Of a stretch of 64,000 nucleotides of DNA, positions 56,996 to 64,000 are shown piece by piece (the stretch's first letter is position 1; the number at the start of each line of letters is the position of its first letter). The stretch spans positions 6,137 to 70,136 of the forward strand of contig CAYWLN010000001.1 in assembly GCA_964459475.1 (NCBI GenBank), in the 5' to 3' direction. The translations under genes were made by a program, and so were the position numbers. Source of the stretch: an uncultured Bdellovibrionales bacterium (lineage in GTDB: Bacteria; Patescibacteriota; Minisyncoccia; Moranbacterales; UBA1568). Below the pieces are notes generated by a model that was not told where the DNA came from, did not search any database, and saw only the letters and a program-made list of their open reading frames with translations.

Positions 56996-57643
56996 ATGTC
57001 TATTGAAATTTCAAGCGTTCAGTCCCTCCTGTCTCGGGGAGTTGATCGCGCGTGGCTCATCGAGAGCTTTGTCCGGATCAATGCGGAGGCCTGGCCACCG
57101 CCTGTCCCGGAAGATTACCTTTGGACCCCACGCAAGATGGAGTCCCAATTTGCCACATGCCCGCATCTCCTGTTCTGTGCTCGAAATGCAAGTGGCAAAG
57201 TCCTCGGGACACTGTGTATCATCCATACGACGACTGCTCGCGCTCTCTCTACCACGAGCTGGCTCGAAACAAGTGCGTACGGCATGCTCACGACTCATGA
57301 TGACGCTGGCGACTGTGCTTTTGGCCTTGATCTTTCAGTCCCCAAGGGAGCCAAAGCAGGCGACCAGCTCATCGAAGCCGGCATCTTGCACGCTGTCATC
57401 GAGCCGAACAAGAAGGGTGTCTACCTCGGTGCCAGAATGCCTCGGTACCACAAGTTCGCCCATCGCATGACTCCCGAGGACTTCATCGGGCTGAACGGCG
57501 GGAAAAATCAAGATCCGGAAATCCGACTCTACCTGAGTGCTGGATTCAAGATCATTCGAGTCATCCCAGGCTACATGCAGGACCCGGACAGCTGTGACAA
57601 CGGGGTACTCATGTTCTGGGAGAACCCCGACTACCAGTCCTGA
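56996..57643 (+). CDS. GNAT-fold acetyltransferase-like protein
   Basis: SW...GMLTTHD..GD..FGLDLSV, ARMPRY, DPEIRLYLSAGF...YMQDPDS; GGAGG SD. Confidence 0.75.
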   Translation: MSIEISSVQSLLSRGVDRAWLIESFVRINAEAWPPPVPEDYLWTPRKMESQFATCPHLLFCARNASGKVLGTLCIIHTTTARALSTTSWLETSAYGMLTTHDDAGDCAFGLDLSVPKGAKAGDQLIEAGILHAVIEPNKKGVYLGARMPRYHKFAHRMTPEDFIGLNGGKNQDPEIRLYLSAGFKIIRVIPGYMQDPDSCDNGVLMFWENPDYQS

Positions 57644-57664
57644 TACGCACAGGGCCAATGAAAA

Positions 57665-57702
57665 TGCGGGAGAGTGACGCCGTCACTGCTCCCGCTTTTT
57701 TT
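57665..57702 (+). terminator. Terminator after the GNAT gene
   Basis: GCGGGAG-AGTGAC...GTCACT-GCTCCCGC followed by a T-run. Confidence 0.8.
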
Positions 57703-57728
57703 TGCTAACTTCCAACGTTCACTCCAGC

Positions 57729-58202
57729 TCACCCCAGCTTCAAAGTGACGAAGAGGAGGATCGTAATCAGCGTTTCGAGTGATATTTCCGTCCAGGCAGA
57801 AACCCGAAAATACCGATGGAGTTTGTCTCTCCCAGCAATCAAGAGGTAACCAGGTGACAAGTATGAGACTCCTCGGTTGATAACAAATCCTACCCAGCCG
57901 ACGATACCAACCAACTCTATGGTGGTGACGTCAAAACGGCTCACGATAGCATATGCAGCCTGAAATTCAAGACGCGCCAGGTGTTGCGTTACGTTGATGC
58001 CCATGGCCGCAAGAATCATGAGCGCTCCCAGCGTATAGAACACCTCGGTGACGAGGGCCAAGGTCAGGTAAACCTTGAGCGACACTCCCATCTCATCACG
58101 CATATTTCGCCCCTTCGCTACAGCAGCCAGCGTGATACCGATACCCGTCAACCATGCCACCACGGTCACGACATTCACCAACACACTCATCCATTCATTC
58201 AC
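57729..58202 (-). CDS. Hypothetical 4-TM membrane protein
   Basis: Hydrophobic ORF; AAGGGG upstream of a GTG start. Confidence 0.7.
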   Translation of the reverse strand: MNEWMSVLVNVVTVVAWLTGIGITLAAVAKGRNMRDEMGVSLKVYLTLALVTEVFYTLGALMILAAMGINVTQHLARLEFQAAYAIVSRFDVTTIELVGIVGWVGFVINRGVSYLSPGYLLIAGRDKLHRYFRVSAWTEISLETLITILLFVTLKLG

Positions 58203-58282
58203 GAAAGTCCCCTTGTTAAACAACTGCGTGCGATAGGGCTATACCCTATAACAAATAAGGATAGACAAAAGGACCCTCGCTG

Positions 58283-58681
58283 TCAATAAAAGCTATTTAT
58301 CGACTGACCCGGATATTTCTTTCCTCGCTCAAGAAAATTCACCTCAGTGTCTTTAAGTTCAAACTGCTTCACAAAATAGTCGATTGCCACATTTATGTCC
58401 ATGTTGTTTTGGCAGGTGTAGACATCGATGCTGACAAAACCACGGGCGGGAAAGGTGTGAATACTAATATGACTCTCTTCGATAACAACAAAGCCACTCC
58501 AGCCTCCTGGGTCTTTCTTGTCATTGCCGGCAGCAAAATAGACTTCGGGTCCGGCCAGGATATGCATATCGAGCATGTCCGGCAAATCCTTGAGACAATG
58601 GAGGACGAGTTCCTTGTTGTTCAGCTTTTCAAAATTCCCTCCGTAGCCATCGAGGGTCAGGTGTTCTCCGAAATGCGACAT
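58283..58681 (-). CDS. speD: Pyruvoyl-dependent S-adenosylmethionine decarboxylase family proenzyme
   Basis: HLTLD, GWSGFVVIEESHISIHTFP (E|SH self-cleavage site), IDVYTC. Confidence 0.9.
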   Translation of the reverse strand: MSHFGEHLTLDGYGGNFEKLNNKELVLHCLKDLPDMLDMHILAGPEVYFAAGNDKKDPGGWSGFVVIEESHISIHTFPARGFVSIDVYTCQNNMDINVAIDYFVKQFELKDTEVNFLERGKKYPGQSINSFY

Positions 58682-58807
58682 AGATACCAAAAAATGGCGA
58701 ATTAATTTCGTCTTTGCACCAAAATTGTACCACAAAATCGCCACCAAACCAAGAAAAAAGGCGTTTCATGTGATTACCACAGAAACGCCAGGGAGGCGGT
58801 ACTTCGA

Positions 58808-61126
58808 TTACGACTTCGAGTAGCGCTGATAGACGGCGCAGACCTCGCCGGGACTCGGGTCACCAGTCGACGGAACGGGTGCTCCGCCATCTACCCGTAA
58901 GCAGGCCCTGAAGTTGTGCCACTGCTTCTTCCATGCGGAGTTAGTCGGGATTCGCCAGCAGCCGTCGCAGTCCATCTGATCCTCATCCGTGCTGCCAGGT
59001 GGCAACTCACGTGGTTCGATGGTGCCGTAGCCGATTACCTGATAGAGGCCACCCGTAGCGACAGGACTACTCACCTGATACACCACGCTGACATTTGCTC
59101 CGGGGGCAGCGGTGCCGTCATTCCGAATCCAGATGCGAGGCTTGGGGGCCGCGCCAGTATTCGTCGTACAGCAACCGACCTTGTCCTCGAAGCGTGTGAT
59201 GACCAGCACAGGAGCCGGTCTTGGCGCTAGTGTCACCGTCAAACTCGTCGTGTTGTTCGTCTCGTCGGTCTCGGCTTGGGCGCCGAGGTAGTCGGCAGTG
59301 AACGTGAGTGTACAGGTACCCACCACATTCGGCATGAGGACGGGTGTCTGGATTTCTTCCCAGGCACTGGCGCCCGCGGTCATGGTGCTGGCCATCGTGC
59401 CATCGTCAGTGAGCACTGACGTCGGTCCCCCGTTGCAGGAGACTGTGTACGAGCTACGGATGTCGGTCGTGGCATTGACCGTACCCGAGTTCGTGATCCA
59501 GGCACCGAGGCGGATATAGTCACCAGCATAGACGGGTACTTGGAGCACCGTGAAGCCAGAAACCGCGAAGTCGACGTTCGGAACGTTCTCCACTTGGTTC
59601 GCCGTCACCTCGAACACCGCTTCAGTCGAGCAGTTATTGCTCTCGTGCTTCTCGCGATGATCACCGCCGTTGTTGTGATCGTCTTGGGGATGGTCGATGC
59701 AGTAGACGATGTTGTAGATGCCTGGCGTGGTAATCCAGTCACTGATCCTGGTGTTCTTGGTCTCCGTGTTGGTATCACCAGGCAACAGATTGTCACACTG
59801 AGTCGTCGTCGAATCGATGCGACGCCACGCATCACCGCCACTGTGAGCATCCTCCTTGTACCCCTTGGAGAGGTAGAAGTGACCGGTAATGGTTGAGATT
59901 TCACCACTCTGACACGGACCGTCACCAATGTTGGCCGACTGGGCCTTGGTGTCAAAGTTCTCGCCAAGACCAAACTTGTAGACCTCCGTCCCCCAGGGGG
60001 TTTGGAGCCATACGCGCTTGGTGACGAAGTCAGGCGGAACAACAACGGCAACGTCAGCAATTTCCGTAGCATACCCCTGGCCGGCGCCATGAATAGCCAA
60101 AGTAGCATTCCCCGCCACCACATTGCCGGTTAAGACATTGATGGTATTGATAGTGCCAAAGTCACGGATATCAGCGGCACTAACCGTTTCTCCGAAGAAG
60201 TTCCGGATTGCCCGCCACCAGCGACGCCACAAAGAATCTTCTGGGACTCTCTCTTCAGGGTTAGGAGCACTTGTCAAGTTATCGATGGCTACCTGCAATT
60301 CATGGCACACCTCAGATCCCGCCGGCTGAGCAAACAAGTTACTGTCCATACGATACCACGAATTGGCATTTACGCATGAACTTGTTACTGGCTCCCAACA
60401 GATGTTTCCTTGGCAATGAGTTTGCTTCTGATTTGAAGGATTATATGCAAACTTGGTTTGGATGAAATTGATGGGATCGATGAAGGTGTTAGTGTTGGGC
60501 CATTGTGACACATTCATCATGCCCCACCCCTTAACACCCACGATTGTTGAAGGTGGGATATTGCCGAGATAAATGCCGAAATGGAGATGTGTCCCACAGC
60601 ACCATTCCCCTACTTTTCCGATTGGCTTTCCAGCATACACGTCACCGCTTGGAGATGTGCTGTCCTTTTTCAGGTGTCCGTACAAACCAGTGAACTTTTG
60701 GCCATCCGAAGTCTGGTGTTCCACAAAGATTGCACAGTTACCTGGACCCCACGAATCATCATCACAGTGTCGCTTATAGATTTGTCCATCTGCAATGGCA
60801 TAAGCATTGCTGTTCATCGGCGCGAGCATGTCAACACCAATATGGTACCGCCCAGAAAAATAGTCTGGGTCTTTGCTCAACCACCAGCCACTCCCTGAAG
60901 AAAAAACAGACGTACCGAGGGGATAGAAGAAACCCGTTGGAGCCTGATCCAGAGCAGAGGTCCCGCTCCCCACCTTCACAGCTGCTAATTTCATCCGGTG
61001 GCCATCAAAGGACGTAGCAGACGAAGACTGGGCAGAAGAACTTGGGGTCTCGCGAGAATCACTGCCTCCGCAACTAATTACTGCCAGGACCAAAAGCAAA
61101 GTGATTGCAAACCTGATCGTATTCAT
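58808..61126 (-). CDS. Lipoprotein with M23 peptidase and CARDB/Ig-like domains
   Basis: ISC lipobox; HIGVD (HxxxD), YGHL, HLHFG; ESNNC and ETDETNN CARDB ends. Confidence 0.88.
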   Translation of the reverse strand: MNTIRFAITLLLVLAVISCGGSDSRETPSSSAQSSSATSFDGHRMKLAAVKVGSGTSALDQAPTGFFYPLGTSVFSSGSGWWLSKDPDYFSGRYHIGVDMLAPMNSNAYAIADGQIYKRHCDDDSWGPGNCAIFVEHQTSDGQKFTGLYGHLKKDSTSPSGDVYAGKPIGKVGEWCCGTHLHFGIYLGNIPPSTIVGVKGWGMMNVSQWPNTNTFIDPINFIQTKFAYNPSNQKQTHCQGNICWEPVTSSCVNANSWYRMDSNLFAQPAGSEVCHELQVAIDNLTSAPNPEERVPEDSLWRRWWRAIRNFFGETVSAADIRDFGTINTINVLTGNVVAGNATLAIHGAGQGYATEIADVAVVVPPDFVTKRVWLQTPWGTEVYKFGLGENFDTKAQSANIGDGPCQSGEISTITGHFYLSKGYKEDAHSGGDAWRRIDSTTTQCDNLLPGDTNTETKNTRISDWITTPGIYNIVYCIDHPQDDHNNGGDHREKHESNNCSTEAVFEVTANQVENVPNVDFAVSGFTVLQVPVYAGDYIRLGAWITNSGTVNATTDIRSSYTVSCNGGPTSVLTDDGTMASTMTAGASAWEEIQTPVLMPNVVGTCTLTFTADYLGAQAETDETNNTTSLTVTLAPRPAPVLVITRFEDKVGCCTTNTGAAPKPRIWIRNDGTAAPGANVSVVYQVSSPVATGGLYQVIGYGTIEPRELPPGSTDEDQMDCDGCWRIPTNSAWKKQWHNFRACLRVDGGAPVPSTGDPSPGEVCAVYQRYSKS

Positions 61127-61161
61127 GGTTCATACTCCGTATTGTGAAAGGACGGAAGAAA

Positions 61162-61256
61162 TGAAATCTGAACTTCAGATTTCACAGGTGTAGAATTTAG
61201 AATACCACTCTACAAGATTCACAGATATTCATAAATGTTAATGAATATCTGTGAAT
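61162..61256. repeat. Two perfect palindromes in the leader of the M23-CARDB gene
   Basis: TGAAATCTGAA-C-TTCAGATTTCA and ATTCACAGATATTCAT-N8-ATGAATATCTGTGAAT. Confidence 0.85.
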
Positions 61257-61277
61257 AGCTGTAAGGCATTATCACTT

Positions 61278-61898
61278 TCATTCAAACTTAAAAGATTCGA
61301 GAATTCCACTTTTTATTTTATCATCAGTTTTCTTACTGACCTCTGGAAAGCTCATTCTATAAAAACCTCCACTTCCTTCAAACATTATTGCTTCATAACC
61401 GATTTCACCCGGCATTGATAGTATATAGGCCTTTTGTCCTGCAACCATTCTTTCTCCCACCTTTGTAATACCTGTGTGTTCACTATCATTGAGAAAGTCA
61501 CTAATGCCGCTATATCTAATCTCATTTTTCCAGCTTCCCATCTTCAAATCTGGATTATTAATATCCTTCCAAAAGTAAATAGAGACTACTGGATAATACT
61601 GTGGAATCAACTTGCCGTTTAAATCTTTTGTTGTCTCATCAAAATCAAGTAATGATACTAGAAAACCATTATCGCGTGCTTTATTATCGAGAGTATATTT
61701 TTCAGGGTATTTAACGGAAAATGTTAACTGCTCATTTCGATACGTCTTCCAATTCGATGTATCAATGGTATCTACCTTTACGATAGATTCTACTTGATTT
61801 TGAGGTGTATTCTGACCATTATTCTTCTGCCAGACAAAAACTGCTCCTCCAATAAGAAGCAAGGCTAGCACCGCTAAAATAGAGAGTTTTTTCTGCAT
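61278..61898 (-). CDS. PsbP-like membrane-anchored secreted protein (paralogue 1)
   Basis: MQKK-TM-WQK, DTSNWKTYRN...FSVKYP, C-terminal ILESFKF. Confidence 0.8.
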   Translation of the reverse strand: MQKKLSILAVLALLLIGGAVFVWQKNNGQNTPQNQVESIVKVDTIDTSNWKTYRNEQLTFSVKYPEKYTLDNKARDNGFLVSLLDFDETTKDLNGKLIPQYYPVVSIYFWKDINNPDLKMGSWKNEIRYSGISDFLNDSEHTGITKVGERMVAGQKAYILSMPGEIGYEAIMFEGSGGFYRMSFPEVSKKTDDKIKSGILESFKFE

Positions 61899-61923
61899 AG
61901 ATATGAGATTGCTGATTGCCCTG

Positions 61924-61952
61924 ACTGTACAATGAAATATACGCTCTGTCAA
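61924..61952 (-). promoter_or_regulatory. Promoter of paralogue 1
   Basis: TTGACA-N17-TACAGT followed by CAGGGCAATCA, which is shared with paralogue 2. Confidence 0.7.
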
Positions 61953-61960
61953 GCAAAAAA

Positions 61961-62871
61961 GGTAATGTGTACACACATATGGCGGTTTTGCTAGGCTAGC
62001 GGATTACCCGCTTTCTTGGCACAACTATGAGTATCCATATGGTAACAACGATACAGGAAGAGCGGTTACGATGGGTCATACCCATCGTAACGAAGGAAGT
62101 GAACCTTTGTGAGGTAGCCAAGGTCTGTCCCCATGGGAAGAGAAGTCTCGAACGCTGGGTAGCGGCCTATCGAAAGGGTGGGAGTGAGGCACTCATTCCA
62201 CGCTCTACCCGTCCCAAAACAGAACCAGGTGAAACACCCATCCACATGAAAGAACGAGTCATTTCCTTGAGAAAGAAAACGGGGCTCTGTGCCAAGAAAC
62301 TAGCCTGGCGACTCAAGAAAGAAGGAATCAGTATCCACGAGCGTACCATTGGAAAAATCATCAAGGCAGAAGGGTTAGTCCGGAAGTATCGAGTGAAGAA
62401 GGTCAGGGTGAAGTACGTAAAAGTACCCCTCCTCCCAGGTGAGCTCATTGAGATTGATGTGAAGTATGTACCAGGAACCATTGAAGATAAGCCATACTTT
62501 CAGTATACGGCTATCGACTGTGCCTCACGGTGGAGGTATCTAGAGGCCTACGACGAACAAACGAAGTGACATGACCGTGAAAACAATTCATGCTTTCGAC
62601 ATCTTTTGTCAGAGCCAAGGTATTATCCACTATCTCATCAATCCTGGGAAACCAGCTCAGAATGGGAAGGTAGAGCGGTCACATCGAGAGGATCAAGAGA
62701 AGTTCTACGAACAAAATACCTTTACCTCATTCGTAGATTTGCAAAGAAAGATGAAACGATGGAATATGTATTTCAATGATTTGGAGCACTGTGGCTTGAA
62801 TGGAAAAACGCCGAATGAATATTTGAAAGAATACCGATTAACTAATCCGCCAAATGTGTGTACCTAAAACA
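61961..62871 (+). mobile_element. IS481-family insertion sequence, internally deleted
   Basis: Imperfect terminal inverted repeats GTACACACATATGGCGG / CCGCCAAATGTGTGTAC; right end ...ACA. Confidence 0.8.
62027..62867 (+). pseudogene. IS481 transposase pseudogene
   Basis: HTH, IDVKY, YTAID..SRWR and NGKVERSH are present. Split into two frames at about 62570, and the middle catalytic Asp (TDN) segment is missing. Confidence 0.85.
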
Positions 62872-62919
62872 AAAATCCCTTTCGGAGAAGAAAAGGCCGC
62901 TAGGAAGAAGCTCCGACTA

Positions 62920-63531
62920 TTATTCAGCGACACGAAACGTCATTAGGATATTCCGTTGCACTTCACTAAGAGCAGCTGTATTTTCGGCGGTGCCAAACTT
63001 AAGAACATAAATGCTACCACTATTCTCAATAAAAACACTATACTCCGCCCTATTACCACCAACAACGGCCTCATATACCCTGTTCCCATTGATCAAGAAC
63101 TGGCCAACATTAAAGTAGTTAAATGGATCCTCTAGAAGATACTTTTCGATATCTTCGTAGTTTCGCACTGTATTGGAGCATATACCTACACAGTCATAGT
63201 CTTTTAAACTAGAATAAAAACGCACTGTTAGATCCACAGGATATCCTAAATTTTTTTCATCTTTCTGAATGCGAATTGTCTTCGGACTCATCAAAAAAAG
63301 ACCAGACTCATCGAGGTATTCTTCCACAACCCAATCTACTGGGTATCTGAAAGAAAAATTATGGACGTTACTCCTGAATATTTTCCAGTCAGATGTATCC
63401 ATATTCCTAATAATGGTATTGTTCACCTCGTTCTGATTCGCTTCCTGGCTATTTTTCTTCTGCCAAACTAAAACTACTCCTCCAATAAGGAGCAAGGAAA
63501 GCACCGCTATAATTAAATGTTTTTTCTGCAT
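62920..63531 (-). CDS. PsbP-like membrane-anchored secreted protein (paralogue 2)
   Basis: MQKK-TM-WQK, DTSDWKIFRS...FSFRYP, C-terminal ILMTFRV. Confidence 0.8.
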   Translation of the reverse strand: MQKKHLIIAVLSLLLIGGVVLVWQKKNSQEANQNEVNNTIIRNMDTSDWKIFRSNVHNFSFRYPVDWVVEEYLDESGLFLMSPKTIRIQKDEKNLGYPVDLTVRFYSSLKDYDCVGICSNTVRNYEDIEKYLLEDPFNYFNVGQFLINGNRVYEAVVGGNRAEYSVFIENSGSIYVLKFGTAENTAALSEVQRNILMTFRVAE

Positions 63532-63556
63532 AAGTATGTAAAAAGTTGATTGCCCT

Positions 63557-63585
63557 GACTATATGCTGAACGCTCGCGACTGTCA
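63557..63585 (-). promoter_or_regulatory. Promoter of paralogue 2
   Basis: TTGACA-N17-TATAGT-CAGGGCAATCA. Confidence 0.7.
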
Positions 63586-63589
63586 AACC

Positions 63590-63614
63590 AAAAAAGGGCC
63601 CGGAGGCCCTCTTT
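63590..63614 (-). terminator. Terminator of the upstream coiled-coil gene
   Basis: AGGGCC-TCCG-GGCCCT followed by a T-run on the minus strand. Confidence 0.75.
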
Positions 63615-63635
63615 ACGGCGTCAATTGGTAATTGA

Positions 63636-63998
63636 CTAGAACAAGCGGAAGAACCAACCGAAGGCACTCAAGCGATCACGCTGACCACTAACGAATGTTT
63701 CGAGCTTGGCTGTCTCAGCCTTGAGCGTCTCGATTTGTTCCAAAACGATAGCTTTGACATCTGAGTCTGAGATTGCCTCGGCTGCTTTCTCAAGTGCTGC
63801 AGTCCGGGCCTTGCTCGCAGCTATCTCCTGCTCGAGGCTAGCGAGATCACTCTCACTTGTCCCAAAGAGCGCCTGGACAACTGGATTGTGCTTGTCAATA
63901 GACTTGACCGTCTCACCGACCACCTTGGCGCCACTTTCATGATCTTCGGCGATACCTCGGATAGCGCGACCAATATCGTCATCCTCGATTTCAGCTAC
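63636..63998 (-). CDS. Coiled-coil hypothetical protein, 5'-partial
   Basis: Frame is open to the window edge; ends FGWFFRLF. Confidence 0.75.
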   Translation of the reverse strand, partial: VAEIEDDDIGRAIRGIAEDHESGAKVVGETVKSIDKHNPVVQALFGTSESDLASLEQEIAASKARTAALEKAAEAISDSDVKAIVLEQIETLKAETAKLETFVSGQRDRLSAFGWFFRLF

Positions 63999-64000
63999 AT

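Noticed and set aside
62560-62580. TGA readthrough (code 25) or programmed frameshift in the transposase
   Set aside because: The two parts are in different frames, a catalytic segment is missing, and TGA terminates many genes in this window.
1-64000. CRISPR array, DGR/retron reverse transcriptase, rRNA, tmRNA
   Set aside because: No regularly spaced direct repeats, RT motifs, TR/VR pairs or recognisable structural-RNA signatures were seen by eye.

Overview
Chromosomal segment of a Candidate Phyla Radiation (Patescibacteria, Parcubacteria-like) bacterium using genetic code 11; the taxon is inferred from gene content (DUF4012 protein, ADP-forming acetate-CoA ligase, short non-discriminating AspRS, greA-lysS, PsbP-like secreted paralogues). 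Bases 1-5.0 kb are the right end of an integrative element: a tyrosine recombinase plus a large serine recombinase whose C-terminus is encoded antisense by tRNA-Ala(CGC). The core genes are ddl, secA, hpf, murB/murC/murG/ftsW/trmD, a dispersed surface-glycan locus, rseP, frr, serS, lysS, greA, mrdA-mreDCB and aspS. Self-contained accessory genes are interleaved: a kinase-like orphan, a His-motif membrane protein, a LysM/beta-rich secreted cluster, a tandem-rhodanese plus RPH-like PEP-utilising operon, a GNAT, a lone speD, an M23-CARDB lipoprotein and PsbP-like paralogues separated by a dead IS481. The most unusual signal is that each of the three tRNA genes has an adjacent half-tRNA copy interrupted by short GC-rich palindromic inserts. 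Two of these halves carry compensatory stem changes, so they look like displaced foreign alleles. Several families of small palindromic intergenic elements are also present. No CRISPR array, rRNA, or reverse transcriptase was seen. All calls are from motif reading by eye; no database searches were run.
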